From: Vulcanimicrobiota bacterium
Lineage (GTDB): Bacteria; Vulcanimicrobiota; Vulcanimicrobiia; Vulcanimicrobiales; Vulcanimicrobiaceae
Length of the DNA: 64,000 bases
Assembly (NCBI GenBank): GCA_963812155.1
Contig: CAWETW010000001.1
Span: forward strand, 416,001 to 480,000
Direction of reading: 5' to 3'
Below are positions 28,877-41,062 of the stretch, piece by piece. The position numbers and the translations under genes were made by a program. The notes beneath the pieces are model-generated. The model was not told the DNA's origin. It saw only the letters and a list, made by a program, of their open reading frames with translations, and made no database searches. Numbering within the stretch: position 1 is the stretch's first letter; each line of letters opens with the position of its first letter.

Positions 28877-30010
28877 TCACGCGCCGGCGTCGCCGGGCGT
28901 GGTTGCAGTGATCTCCTGCGCCGCCGGCAACCGTAAGACGAAGCGCGCGCCGCCGAGTGGCGACACCAGGGCACGGACGTCGCCACCGGCGCGCTCCGCG
29001 ATCGCCTTGACGACTGCAAGCCCGATTCCGTTTCCGCTGCGCGACGTTTCTGCGCGCACGCCCAGTTCGAAGATGGCGTCGCTGTCGTCGCGCGCAATAC
29101 CGGGCCCATCGTCGTCAACGATGACGACGGCGAATCCGCCGTCGCGGCGGCAGGCGACTTCGACGTTTCCCCTCTCTTCGCAATATTTTACGGCGTTTTC
29201 GACGAGGTTCAGCAGGGCGTGCATGCACAGATCGCCGTCGAGGCGCGTCCAAACCGGCACCGGCACGGAGGCGTGCATCGTGACGCCGCGTTCGCGCGCC
29301 GCCGGCAGAGCGGTTTCGAGCGCCGCACGCACGCAGTGCGCAGCGTCGCAGACGGCGCCGTGCGCCCGCGCCGAAAGATCGAGCATCGAAAACTCGAGCA
29401 TGCCTTCGACGAGACGTCCGAGACGCAGGGCTTCGCGTCGCGCCGTTTCCAGAAAGCGCCGCGCCGTCGCCGCATCGACGTCGCCCGAGAGCAGCGTTTC
29501 GATGTAGCCCCGAATCGAGGTCAAAGGCGTGCGCAGTTCGTGGCCTACCGTCGCGAGCATCCGGCCGTGGCGGCGTTCCCGCGCACCGCGTTCGAGTGCC
29601 GCGTCGAGCGTGTCTGCAAGTGCGGCGATTTCTTCGGGACGCTCCACCCGCCACCAACCGGTTTCCATCGGGCGTCCGGTCAGCATCGCGGTCGCCGCGG
29701 CGGTGCGCTCCAAGGCCGCGCGGACGTCGCGCGCTTCCGGCGCGCGTCCGCTGCGCGACGGTTCGACCAACGCGACGGCGAAACGGTCGCAGCCGTCATC
29801 GTGCGCGAGAAGGTCGTCGCGCCGAACCACGCGCCGTGCCGCCAACGCAAAGGCCGTCGCCGTCCGGCGCTCGAGGCTGCGCGCGCTGCGTCGCCCGGAA
29901 CGCCACGCAAGCTGCTCGAACTCGGGCATGCGAAAAACGAGCACGGGGACGCTGCTTCCGGACTGCAGGTGCACGCCAACCGCACGAGCCAGCGCGTCGA
30001 ACGAGAGCAT
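28877..30010 (-). CDS. Cytoplasmic sensor histidine kinase with degenerate GGDEF-like N-terminal domain
   Basis: HELRTPLTSIRGYIETLL (HisKA), NLVENAVKY, DDDGPGI, GNGIGLAVVK; no TM segment; start ATG 30010 or TTG 30028. Confidence 0.85.
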   Translation of the reverse strand: MLSFDALARAVGVHLQSGSSVPVLVFRMPEFEQLAWRSGRRSARSLERRTATAFALAARRVVRRDDLLAHDDGCDRFAVALVEPSRSGRAPEARDVRAALERTAAATAMLTGRPMETGWWRVERPEEIAALADTLDAALERGARERRHGRMLATVGHELRTPLTSIRGYIETLLSGDVDAATARRFLETARREALRLGRLVEGMLEFSMLDLSARAHGAVCDAAHCVRAALETALPAARERGVTMHASVPVPVWTRLDGDLCMHALLNLVENAVKYCEERGNVEVACRRDGGFAVVIVDDDGPGIARDDSDAIFELGVRAETSRSGNGIGLAVVKAIAERAGGDVRALVSPLGGARFVLRLPAAQEITATTPGDAGA

Positions 30011-30028
30011 CGCCGGCACGGCGCCCAA

Positions 30029-30718
30029 CTACGGATACTGAAACTTGTACCCGAAGCCGTGCACGGTCCGCACCATGTGCGGAAGGTGCCACGCACATTC
30101 GGTCTTCAGGCGCACGCGATGGACGTGCACGTCGACTGTGCGCTCGTCGCCGTCAAAATCAAAACCCCACACCTTCTGCAGCAGCCGCTCGCGCGACAGC
30201 GCCACGCCTTGATTGCTGGCCAGTTCCATGAGCAGCGCGAACTCGCGAGGCTTGAGACACACGTCGGTTCCGTCAACGCGGGCTTCGCGCGCGCGTTCGT
30301 CGATTTCCAACCGTCCGAAGGTAAGGGTCGCGCGAGCGCGCTCGTCGGCGTGACCGTCGCGGCGCAGCACCGCTTTGACGCGCGCGACGAGTTCGCGGGG
30401 AGAGAACGGCTTGCACACGTAATCGTCGGCACCGAGTTCGAAGCCGACGACGCGGTCGACCTCGTCGGTGCGCGCGGTAAGCATGACGATCGGCACGGCA
30501 TGGCGTTCTCGCCGCAGCGTCCGAGCGACGTCGAATCCGTCGATGCCCGGCAAACCAACGTCGAGTACCACGAGGTCGGCGACGCCACGAGCCCGCCGCA
30601 GCGCCGCTTGTCCGTCCGACACCCCTACCACGGCGAACCCCTCGCGCTCGAGATGGTGCGTGACGAGGTCGCGAATTGCGGCGTCGTCCTCAGCGACGAG
30701 GATAGTCTGCACGGGCAT
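30029..30718 (-). CDS. OmpR/PhoB-family response regulator
   Basis: LVAEDD, VLDVGLPGIDG, GADDYVCKPFSPREL, RTVDVHVHRVR, TVHGFGYKF. Confidence 0.95.
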   Translation of the reverse strand: MPVQTILVAEDDAAIRDLVTHHLEREGFAVVGVSDGQAALRRARGVADLVVLDVGLPGIDGFDVARTLRRERHAVPIVMLTARTDEVDRVVGFELGADDYVCKPFSPRELVARVKAVLRRDGHADERARATLTFGRLEIDERAREARVDGTDVCLKPREFALLMELASNQGVALSRERLLQKVWGFDFDGDERTVDVHVHRVRLKTECAWHLPHMVRTVHGFGYKFQYP

Positions 30719-30757
30719 GCTGGGAGGAGTGCCCGCGCGTACTCCGCTGGAGGACCC

Positions 30758-31240
30758 TTAGTGGACGGACGAAGAGGGATTCGCCGCCGGCGAGGATCGC
30801 GGCGCCGCACGTTTCGGCGGCGGACAATCGGCGTCGGCTCGAGCCTTCGCCGCGACGTACGACACGATGCGGTAAACGGAGTTGACGTTCACGTCATAAC
30901 CGCTGCTGGCGTCGTGGATGGTCGCCGGGCCGAGCTCGATTGCTCCGGTGAAGTGGTCGCCGGTGTGGAAGTATGCATTGTCGTCGTTGGGACCGCTCTT
31001 CACGTGCTTGACGATGACGACACGATAGCTTTTCGCATCGGGAGCGGACGCGAAGATGAAGGTGTGGCACTCGCGCGCGAGCGGGACCACGATGGCGGGC
31101 TCGTTGGGGATGTACCAGAGCGTCCACTGTTCCGGAGCGGAGTTGCCGGCGCAACTCGGGAGCACCAACGCGCAGAGACCCAACAGAAGGGCGAGTGACC
31201 GTGACCGGCCGGTTAGCAAGCAGAATAATTCCGAGGCCAT
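30758..31240 (-). CDS. Hypothetical lipoprotein
   Basis: Hydrophobic stretch ending LPSC; fills gap between recX and the response regulator. Confidence 0.55.
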   Translation of the reverse strand: MASELFCLLTGRSRSLALLLGLCALVLPSCAGNSAPEQWTLWYIPNEPAIVVPLARECHTFIFASAPDAKSYRVVIVKHVKSGPNDDNAYFHTGDHFTGAIELGPATIHDASSGYDVNVNSVYRIVSYVAAKARADADCPPPKRAAPRSSPAANPSSSVH

Positions 31241-31275
31241 TCGCCGGGCTTATTCAGAGCCGACCGAAACCTTCC

Positions 31276-31734
31276 CTATTCGACCGCCACTCCAGCAAAC
31301 GGGCCAAAGGCGGCCGCATGTTCGCGAAGCACGCGGTAGATCGTCGCCGCCGGAAAACCGAGCCGCTCCAGCCTCCGTGCCGCCGAGGCGTATGCGACCT
31401 CCGGGGCCTTGGCAGCTAACGCTTGGAAGGCTGCCGAGCAACGCTCTCGCTCGCCACGGTCGAGGTCGCGCACGGCTTGCGTGGCCGCCGCAGCGTCGAT
31501 GCCTTTGCGCACGAGTTCGCCGACGAGTCGCGCATCACCAACGGCCTTGCGCTTCCCTTCCACGTAGAGTCTCGCGTAGAGGCGATCGTCCACGAAACCT
31601 TGCCGTTTCGCGCGCTCGACCGCCTCGCGTATTTCCGCATCGGTGTAGGGCTTGCGCTCCAAACGTTGCCACAACTGTGCTTCGGTGAGACGCTGGCGCG
31701 CCAGCATCCGCAACGCTGCGGCGTACGCGGTCAC
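31276..31734 (-). CDS. recX: Regulatory protein RecX
   Basis: [38 protein letters not shown]; overlaps recA stop. Confidence 0.9.
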   Translation of the reverse strand: MTAYAAALRMLARQRLTEAQLWQRLERKPYTDAEIREAVERAKRQGFVDDRLYARLYVEGKRKAVGDARLVGELVRKGIDAAAATQAVRDLDRGERERCSAAFQALAAKAPEVAYASAARRLERLGFPAATIYRVLREHAAAFGPFAGVAVE

Positions 31735-32771
31735 TCCTTTACCGCACCGACCACGACCGAGCCGTTGCGTGATACCGTCTTACCAAGCGCTTCGCGGATC
31801 TTGGCTTCGATCTCGCCCGCCAGCTCGGAATGCTCCTCGAGAAACGCCTTGGCATTTTCGCGGCCTTGTCCGATGCGCTGCTCGGAGTACGTATACCACG
31901 AACCACTCTTTCCGACGATGTTCTGCTCGAGCGCGACGTCGAGAATCGAGCCCATTCTCGAGATGCCGTGACCATAGGTAATGTCGAACTCGGCTTGCCG
32001 GAACGGCGGGGCGACCTTGTTCTTTACCACCTTTACGCGGGTGCGCGTTCCCACGACGTCTTGCCCGATTTTAATCGTTTCGAGTTTGCGTACGTCGAGG
32101 CGAACGGAGGCGTAGAACTTGAGGGCGCGGCCACCCGACGTCGTCTCCGGGTTTCCGAACATCACGCCGACTTTTTCACGAAGCTGATTGATGAAGATCA
32201 TCACCGCCTTGCTGCGTGAAATTGCGGCGGTCAATTTTCGCAGTGCCTGCGACATGAGGCGCGCTTGCAGACCGACGTGAGCATCGCCCATGTCGCCTTC
32301 GAGCTCGGCTTTGGTGACGAGCGCGGCCACGGAGTCGACGACGATCACGTCGACGGCATTGCTCCGCGTCAGCATTTCGGCGATTTCTAGTGCCTGTTCG
32401 CCCGTGTCGGGCTGCGAAACGAGGAGGTTCTCCAAATCCACGCCCAGCGCGGCAGCGTAGGTCGGATCGAGCGCGTGTTCCACGTCGACGAAGGCCGCCG
32501 TGCCGCCCATTTTCTGCGCTTCCGCAATGGCGTGCAGCGCGAGCGTCGTCTTGCCGCTGGCTTCCGGACCGTAGATCTCGACGATGCGTCCGCGCGGCAA
32601 ACCGCCCACGCCGAGCGCGAGATCGAGCGCGATCGATCCGGTTGGAACGATCTCGAACGACATGCGTTCTTGAAAATCGCCCATTCGCATAATCGAGCCT
32701 TTACCGAACTGACGCTCGATCTGAGCGAGAGCGGTATTGAGGGCGAGTTGCCGTTCGTCTTGAGCCGCCAT
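31731..32771 (-). CDS. recA: Recombinase A
   Basis: [52 protein letters not shown]. Confidence 0.99.
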   Translation of the reverse strand: MAAQDERQLALNTALAQIERQFGKGSIMRMGDFQERMSFEIVPTGSIALDLALGVGGLPRGRIVEIYGPEASGKTTLALHAIAEAQKMGGTAAFVDVEHALDPTYAAALGVDLENLLVSQPDTGEQALEIAEMLTRSNAVDVIVVDSVAALVTKAELEGDMGDAHVGLQARLMSQALRKLTAAISRSKAVMIFINQLREKVGVMFGNPETTSGGRALKFYASVRLDVRKLETIKIGQDVVGTRTRVKVVKNKVAPPFRQAEFDITYGHGISRMGSILDVALEQNIVGKSGSWYTYSEQRIGQGRENAKAFLEEHSELAGEIEAKIREALGKTVSRNGSVVVGAVKE

Positions 32772-32805
32772 GCGTGTTCCTCTCCTTAGTGCGTGATGGT
32801 GCGGG

Positions 32806-33774
32806 TCACCGGTTCCATGCGACGTTCTCAGGTGAGCGTGCCACCTGGTTGGCATTCTTCTCGGGCGATTCGTCGAAAAGTGCTTCGATAAACTCGGACG
32901 GCACGAACGGCTGCAGTGCATCGGGCGTCTCGCCTAGTCCGACCAGCTTCACCGGCACTTCCAATTCGTCGACGATTGCGACGAGCACGCCGCCCTTGGC
33001 GGTAGAATCGAGCTTCGTAACCACGATTCCGGTCAGCTCGGCCGCGGCGTTGAATAGCTTTGCTTGCGAGATCGCGTTCTGACCGGTCGTTCCGTCGACG
33101 ACGAGCAGCGTTTCCGCGGGCGGTTCGCCGAGCTCGCGCTCCACGACGCGCCGGATCTTCTTCAGTTCTTCCATAAGGTTGATCTTGGTTTGCAGCCGTC
33201 CGGCGGTGTCGATGAGAATCGCGTCGGCATCGCGCGCTTTGCCGGCGCGCAATGCGTCGAAGACCACCGATGCCGGGTCGGCGCCTTCGGCGCCGCGGAT
33301 CAATTCGCTGCCGCTGCGCGCCGCCCAAATACCTAACTGCTCGGCCGCGGCCGCGCGGAAAGTGTCGGCTGCCACGAGCACGACGCGTTTGCGCCGTTCG
33401 CGCAGCCGCATCGCCAATTTCCCGGCAGTCGTCGTCTTGCCGCTTCCGTTGACGCCGACGAACAGCACCACCGCCGGACGGCGGTCGAAGTGCAACTCGG
33501 CATTCGGAAGGGTGAGGAAACGTTCGACGTCTTTACGGAAACGCGCGACGGCCTGGTCGGTCGTCGTCCAGGCCTCTTGTTTCGAGACGGTCTGAAGTCC
33601 CGAGACGATCTTCTGCGTCGTCGGAACGCCGAAATCGGCGAGGATCAGCGTCTCTTCGAGCTCGTCCCAGAATTCCGCGGTCAGGGGCACGCCGGGGCGG
33701 CCCAAACGCGTGACCGCCGAGAATGCCTCCCGGGCTTTTCCGAGGGACGCGCGCAGCCGGACAAACCAACTCAC
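32806..33774 (-). CDS. ftsY: SRP receptor FtsY
   Basis: [40 protein letters not shown]. Confidence 0.97.
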   Translation of the reverse strand: MSWFVRLRASLGKAREAFSAVTRLGRPGVPLTAEFWDELEETLILADFGVPTTQKIVSGLQTVSKQEAWTTTDQAVARFRKDVERFLTLPNAELHFDRRPAVVLFVGVNGSGKTTTAGKLAMRLRERRKRVVLVAADTFRAAAAEQLGIWAARSGSELIRGAEGADPASVVFDALRAGKARDADAILIDTAGRLQTKINLMEELKKIRRVVERELGEPPAETLLVVDGTTGQNAISQAKLFNAAAELTGIVVTKLDSTAKGGVLVAIVDELEVPVKLVGLGETPDALQPFVPSEFIEALFDESPEKNANQVARSPENVAWNR

Positions 33775-33800
33775 GGATGGAGTTCTTCCCGGTGCACTAT

Positions 33801-33814
33801 CGAACTCCTGTTCG
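33801..33814. promoter_or_regulatory. LexA (SOS/Cheo) box
   Basis: Perfect CGAAC-TCCT-GTTCG in the 55-bp gap upstream of ftsY-recA-recX. Confidence 0.7.
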
Positions 33815-33829
33815 CTATTCCGGGCCTTT

Positions 33830-35053
33830 TCAGCCGGTCGCGGAACGCAGGGCGAAACGCGCCGCCTGACCGTACAGATAGAGCCGATCGCCGAGCGTCC
33901 GCTCGAAGTCTTCCTTCTGAAGCACGTCGGCGAATCGTGGACTGCGCGCCAGCAAATCGAAGAGCATAGCGAAACGCGCCGGGCGGCGTTCGAGAAACCG
34001 CATGAGCTTTACCCGGTGCATCAGCCGGCGCGCGAACCGTGCGCCCACCGCGCCGGCGTAGCGCGCGGCCGCGCCTGCCGGACGATCGCGCTCGGCGGCG
34101 ACGGCCTCTGCCGCCATCCGGCCACTCATTGCCGCCTCGAAAATTCCCTCGCCGTTGGTCGCGTCCACCAGACCGGCAGCCGTTCCGCCGAGCATCACCG
34201 CATCGTCGGAGAACGCCGCCCTCGGCGTACCGCCGTAGAGCAGATGCCCTTCTTGCTTCACACGTAACACGCTCACCGACGGATACAAGCGCTGACGAAT
34301 GCGCTCGGTGAAGCGTTCGAGCTCCTCCCGCAGTTGCGCGCCGGGCATCTTTCCCATCACGCCGAGCCCGATCGCAAGATGGTCGCGCTTTGGAAACATC
34401 CACGCCACGACTTGACGGGCCGCGCTCGTGAGATAGTAATGCATCTCCATCGTTTGGTACGCTATTTCGTCTGCCCGCCCGTCGAGATAGACGCGGTATT
34501 GCAGCGTCGTAATCAATCCGTCGCGCCACGGCGCGTACTGTAACCGTGAAGACGCCGTCTCGCCCTGCGTGCGCACGTTGTCGGCGTTGAACGTGGCGCC
34601 GGACGCAAGAAAAACGTTGCGGGCGGCGATACGTTTTCGATTTCCCGCGACGAGGTCGGCGTACTCGACGATCGTCCGGCCGTCGCCGCCGCTTTCCACG
34701 CCGCGAAAGAGCGCTTGCGTTCGAACTTGGGCGCCTTCGCGGCGCGCCATGGTTCCCATCGTCCCGTCGAGTTCTTCGCGCGTCGTCGTGTGCCCGGGAC
34801 CGTAAAAAACCGCGTGCTCGGCGCCGGTGATATCGAAGAGCGCGACGCGCGGCGTGTCGCAGTGCACGATCTCGCGCGGCAAATCGAACGTCCGGCAGAA
34901 TCCGGGACGCAACCCGGCCGCACAAACGCGCTTCGCACCAACGACCGGGTCTTTTTCGAGCACGACCGTTTCAACGCCGGCCCGCGACGCTTCTCGCGCG
35001 GCCGTCGCACCAGCCGGCCCGCATCCGACGACGACGAAATCCGTGGTTTCCAT
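33830..35053 (-). CDS. Geranylgeranyl-reductase-family NAD(P)/FAD oxidoreductase
   Basis: VVGCGPAGA, KRVCAAG, WMFPK, GGTAAGLVDATNGEGIFEAAMSG. Confidence 0.85.
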   Translation of the reverse strand: METTDFVVVGCGPAGATAAREASRAGVETVVLEKDPVVGAKRVCAAGLRPGFCRTFDLPREIVHCDTPRVALFDITGAEHAVFYGPGHTTTREELDGTMGTMARREGAQVRTQALFRGVESGGDGRTIVEYADLVAGNRKRIAARNVFLASGATFNADNVRTQGETASSRLQYAPWRDGLITTLQYRVYLDGRADEIAYQTMEMHYYLTSAARQVVAWMFPKRDHLAIGLGVMGKMPGAQLREELERFTERIRQRLYPSVSVLRVKQEGHLLYGGTPRAAFSDDAVMLGGTAAGLVDATNGEGIFEAAMSGRMAAEAVAAERDRPAGAAARYAGAVGARFARRLMHRVKLMRFLERRPARFAMLFDLLARSPRFADVLQKEDFERTLGDRLYLYGQAARFALRSATG

Positions 35054-35182
35054 TCTACGCGTATTTCGCTTCGGCGCGCCGTTCGCTTGCTGCTGCAACC
35101 AAAGCAAGAGGGCCGGGAGGCAGGCTCCCCGCGAGCGTCGCATTTCCGTTCAACTCCCCAAGCCGCAATTGGAGCATCGAGC

Positions 35183-36109
35183 ATGAGCGCGACGACATCG
35201 CGATTTCTCTTTGGCTGTACGCTGACGGCGCTGCTGGCAGGCTGCGCAACACCCGGCCAGCACTTCTCGCCGCCCGGCGTGGCCGCACCCGGCGCCCTAA
35301 CGCAGGCGATGGACGTTCCGAACGCATCGGCGCTGCTGTACGTTTCGGATCCGGAAGGCAACGACATAGCGACCTACACGTTTCCCGACGGCAAACCGGT
35401 CGCGACCATCCCGTTCGATCAGCCCGCCGGCATGTGCGTCTCCAAATCCGGAAACGTCTTCATCGGCGATCCAAACGACGCGCAAGTGCGCGTTTTTGCG
35501 CACGGTGGAACCAAGCCGCTTCGCTCGCTGAACGATCCGGGTTACAATCCGCTGAGCTGCGCGATCGATCAAAAGAGCGGGAACCTGGCCGTCACGAGTT
35601 TTATCGGCTCCAAAGGACACGGCAGCCTAGCAATCTACTCGCATGCGATCGGCGCGCCGAAGGTCTACTCCGACGCGAACATTCCGCACATGTTCTACGC
35701 CGGCTACGACGGTGCCGGGAATCTATTCGTCGACGGTACGACGTCGTCACGCAAAGTGGTCGTCGCCGAACTCGCCAAAGGGAGCACGCACATCGTTGCG
35801 ATTCCGCTGAATCAAACCATCGCTACGGCGGGCGGCGTCGCGTGGGACGGCACGTATCTCGACGTCGCCGACGTCAACGCTTCCGTGATCTACCGCTTTA
35901 AGATCGCGGCCGGCAAGGGAACGAAGGCGGGCTCGATTCCGCTCAAAGGTTCGGCCTACGTCGACGAGTTCTCGATTCAAGGGTCGCAAGTGGTCGTTCC
36001 GGACTACATCAACGGGAAGGTCCATTACTACAAATTCCCGGGTGGCGGAACGCCGGTCAAGACGATCGACGGCCTTACGTCGCCGCTCGCAACGGTGGTA
36101 AGCAACTAG
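35183..36109 (+). CDS. Beta-propeller lipoprotein (third paralog)
   Basis: Lipobox LAGC; LLYVSD, GMCVSKSGNVFI, CAIDQKSGNLAV, GYDGAGNLFVDG, WDGTY. Confidence 0.75.
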   Translation: MSATTSRFLFGCTLTALLAGCATPGQHFSPPGVAAPGALTQAMDVPNASALLYVSDPEGNDIATYTFPDGKPVATIPFDQPAGMCVSKSGNVFIGDPNDAQVRVFAHGGTKPLRSLNDPGYNPLSCAIDQKSGNLAVTSFIGSKGHGSLAIYSHAIGAPKVYSDANIPHMFYAGYDGAGNLFVDGTTSSRKVVVAELAKGSTHIVAIPLNQTIATAGGVAWDGTYLDVADVNASVIYRFKIAAGKGTKAGSIPLKGSAYVDEFSIQGSQVVVPDYINGKVHYYKFPGGGTPVKTIDGLTSPLATVVSN

Positions 36110-36117
36110 CCCTTCGT

Positions 36118-36224
36118 CCTTCGACTTCGCCTGCTGCGCAGGCTTCGCTCAGGATGACACCGTTCGCGCTCGGGGTGACACAGCGACGGCATGTTTTGCA
36201 TGCCTTCGCTCAGGGTGACACAGC
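36118..36224. repeat. Cluster of REP-like elements
   Basis: ccttcgacttcgc[hairpin]cgctcaggatgaca plus variants gctcggggtgaca and gctcagggtgaca. Confidence 0.7.
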
Positions 36225-36325
36225 GGGGCGAAGCAGGACGGCCGAGCGGACACGCTGTATACCGGCCGGTCGGCCCTTCTGCGGGCCTTGTTTCCTACTA
36301 CCCTATTGAGACGAGAAGGATTGGA

Positions 36326-38434
<2,109 letters not shown>

Positions 38435-38444
38435 CGACACTTCG

Positions 38445-39356
38445 TTACCACAACTGGACGACGAGTCCGGCCCCGACGTAGCGAAACGCGAGGCCCGGAT
38501 CGCCGATCAGCGAGTGCCCGTACTCCACGTCGATTTCCGTGCGCGTGCCAAGCAGCTTTTGCACGCCGCCGTCGAGGAACGCGCGTCCTCCGAGGTTGGG
38601 CGCGAGCTTCGACACGTAGACGTATTCGGCGTAAAACTGATAGTAGTGCGGGATCTGCGTCGTCAGCACGACCGACGGCGTCGTTACGCCGTAACGTGCG
38701 TGAACGCCGTCGGGTGTAAAGCCGCCCGTTGACGACACGGCGATCGTGGTACCGATGCCGGCCGCCGGACTCAACGCATAACTGACGTCGAGGTTCCCGG
38801 TAAGCGTCGCGTTGCCGGCAGAAAGGAAGCGCGATCCGTTCGGCGGCAGGTCGAGCGCGTCGATCGCGAAGAGCCATCTTCCAGCCGGGGCAAACTCGTA
38901 CTTCGCACCTAATCCGGAATCCGTAACGCCGTTGGTCACGCTGCCCGTCTCGCTGGGCGCGTATTGCCGCGTTGCGACGTAGTTCGGCCCGGTGACGTCA
39001 AGCTCGAACCGCGGCGCGACGCCGACGCGCAGAAAATTTTGCGGCACCTGGCTTTGCACCGAACCGTTCGAGGGCGTACCGTTCACTTGATTCTGATAGC
39101 CCAACTCGAAGACGGTGGTGTGCGGCGCGACCGCGCACGCGCTGTAGCCGACGGTCGGACGGTTTGCGGTTGCAAGGAGACGTCCAGGGCCGCCGCACGG
39201 ATCGAAGGGCGTAGGCGACGGGGACGGCGACGCGTAGCCCGCCGCCGGCGAGATCGTTTGGGACCGGACGTACGCCGGTAAAACTGCGAGCGCGCCGCAC
39301 GCGCACGCCGCCGGCATGCGCCGGAGGAAGCGCAGCACGGAGTCGCGTTCAATCAC
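38445..39356 (-). CDS. Putative outer-membrane transporter (beta-barrel)
   Basis: NRPTVGYS N-terminal motif, FELGY, DSGLGAKY, alternating strands, terminal aromatic; start uncertain. Confidence 0.6.
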   Translation of the reverse strand: MIERDSVLRFLRRMPAACACGALAVLPAYVRSQTISPAAGYASPSPSPTPFDPCGGPGRLLATANRPTVGYSACAVAPHTTVFELGYQNQVNGTPSNGSVQSQVPQNFLRVGVAPRFELDVTGPNYVATRQYAPSETGSVTNGVTDSGLGAKYEFAPAGRWLFAIDALDLPPNGSRFLSAGNATLTGNLDVSYALSPAAGIGTTIAVSSTGGFTPDGVHARYGVTTPSVVLTTQIPHYYQFYAEYVYVSKLAPNLGGRAFLDGGVQKLLGTRTEIDVEYGHSLIGDPGLAFRYVGAGLVVQLW

Positions 39357-39365
39357 GACGAGCGC

Positions 39366-39872
39366 TTACGCTGCGCGCGCGGCGAGTTCGGCCTCGTACT
39401 TGCGGTAGATGAAGTAGTAACTCGAGGCGATGAAGGCAATGGCGAAGCCGAGCAGCGCGTCGCCGATTGCAATTGAGAGACTGCCGCGGTGCGGCATGAG
39501 CGCGCGCACGCCCGCCCTCAATCCGAATGCAACCAGAAAAATTACGATGGTCACCCACGACGAACCGAGATACATGACGCCGGGTTTGTCGGTCGGACGC
39601 ACGTCGGTATGCATGCCGCGGAGCACGCCGAACGGGATCCCGATGATTGCGCCCGCAACGACGCCTGCGGCAATTTCCCACGCGGCAATCGGGTCGAGAC
39701 GTTGCGTCGCGTAGATTCCCCATCCGGTTATGGCGATGAGGATGAGCGGGCCCACCCACATGCGCGTCACGCTGATGCGCTGCGGCCGGAAAAACCGGAC
39801 CGCCAGAATTCCGACGACGACCACGAGCGGCAGCAGCTGCGTCCACCAGGGAACGCTCGGACTATGGCCCAT
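39366..39872 (-). CDS. CcdC/DUF1453-like membrane protein
   Basis: About 5 hydrophobic segments; RPQRISVTRMWVGP. Confidence 0.6.
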   Translation of the reverse strand: MGHSPSVPWWTQLLPLVVVVGILAVRFFRPQRISVTRMWVGPLILIAITGWGIYATQRLDPIAAWEIAAGVVAGAIIGIPFGVLRGMHTDVRPTDKPGVMYLGSSWVTIVIFLVAFGLRAGVRALMPHRGSLSIAIGDALLGFAIAFIASSYYFIYRKYEAELAARAA

Positions 39873-39919
39873 AGCTCGCGGCTTTCAGCGTGACGCGGAC
39901 GAGAGCGGCGCCGCGCGCG

Positions 39920-40288
39920 TTACTTGATTTCGACCTTGGCGCCGGCTTCTTCGAGCTTCTTCTTGACTTGCTCGGCTTCGTCTTTGGTGACGCCTTCTTT
40001 TACCGGCTTAGGCGCGCTTTCGACGAACGCTTTGGCTTCGGTCAAACCGAGGCTCGTGAGTTCGCGAACGGCCTTGATCACCTTGATTTTCTCAGGTCCG
40101 GCTTCGGCGAGAATCACGTCGAATTCGGTTTGCTCGGCGGCCGGCGCGGCTGCGGCAGCGGGTGCGGCCATCATCGCAGCGGGCGCGGCGGCGGAAACGC
40201 CGTACTTCTCCTCGAGCTGCTTCACGAGGTCGGCGAGTTCCAGAACGGTGAGTTTGTCGATTTGGTCGATAAGTTCGGCGAGAGCCAT
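39920..40288 (-). CDS. rplL: 50S ribosomal protein L7/L12
   Basis: [42 protein letters not shown]. Confidence 0.99.
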   Translation of the reverse strand: MALAELIDQIDKLTVLELADLVKQLEEKYGVSAAAPAAMMAAPAAAAAPAAEQTEFDVILAEAGPEKIKVIKAVRELTSLGLTEAKAFVESAPKPVKEGVTKDEAEQVKKKLEEAGAKVEIK

Positions 40289-40305
40289 GATACGAGTCAA
40301 TCTCC

Positions 40306-40836
40306 TTAAGCGTTGGGTGCCGCGGCTTCTTTTTGCTCGCGGATTGCGTTGAGAACGCGGACGAGTCCGCTTTGATTGCCGGAAAGCACGGTAACGAGAC
40401 CGCGTAACGGGCTCGCCAGCGAACCCACGAGCCGGGCGATGAGTTCGATTTTGGGCGGCAGCTTCGCCAGCACGTTGACCTGCGCCGCATCGACGACGTC
40501 GCCGTCGATGAATGCCGCCTTGATGCCCAGTTTCTTGGTGGAATCGCTAAACGTTTTCAGCGCTTTGGCCGGAGCAACCGGATCGACGCCAGCAAAGACG
40601 ATGCCGGTGGGACCGCTGAGAAACTCTTCGAGGCGGGTGGCGACCTCGCCGCCGGCGATACGAAAGAGCGTATTCTTTACGACGGAATACGTGCTGCCGT
40701 CTTTGCGAAGTTCGCCGCGCAGTTTCGTAATCTCGTCGACGGTCAAACCTTGGTAATCGGTCAAGAAAAGATTCTTTGCGGCGGCAAGCCGGTCGCGCAA
40801 CTTCTGAACGGCCGATTCTTTGCGTGCGGTTGGCAT
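40306..40836 (-). CDS. rplJ: 50S ribosomal protein L10
   Basis: DYQGLTV, LRGELR, VVKNTL, GPTGIVF, LAKLP. Confidence 0.97.
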   Translation of the reverse strand: MPTARKESAVQKLRDRLAAAKNLFLTDYQGLTVDEITKLRGELRKDGSTYSVVKNTLFRIAGGEVATRLEEFLSGPTGIVFAGVDPVAPAKALKTFSDSTKKLGIKAAFIDGDVVDAAQVNVLAKLPPKIELIARLVGSLASPLRGLVTVLSGNQSGLVRVLNAIREQKEAAAPNA

Positions 40837-40884
40837 GTGGTACGTACTCTTTTCTGCGGCGCCGACGATGCGAAGGGTCCCGAT

Positions 40885-41008
40885 AAAAAACGAAAGCGCC
40901 CATCCGACCGGAGGGCGCACCAATGCGTCGCAAAGCTTCGCGGGTCGCATCCTCGGCAGGTCATTTCGATTAAGGCCAAAACAGGCCGCCTACGGTCTTC
41001 GGAGCCTG
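40885..41008 (-). ncRNA. L10 leader with attenuator
   Basis: CCGAAGACCGUAGG...UUAA...CCUGCCGAGG core, then GC hairpin and U-tract upstream of rplJ. Confidence 0.8.
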
Positions 41009-41062
41009 TGGTAGATTACCACAGGTCCGCACGCGCTGCAAGCCCGGTGGAGGACGGCATCA

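Noticed and set aside
33771..34925. 384-aa ORF overlapping the ftsY start
   Set aside because: Alternative frame of the geranylgeranyl-reductase-like gene; Arg-rich with no motifs
36110..36225. Possible mini CRISPR array
   Set aside because: Repeats are short, degenerate, irregularly spaced, match dispersed REP-like elements; no cas genes
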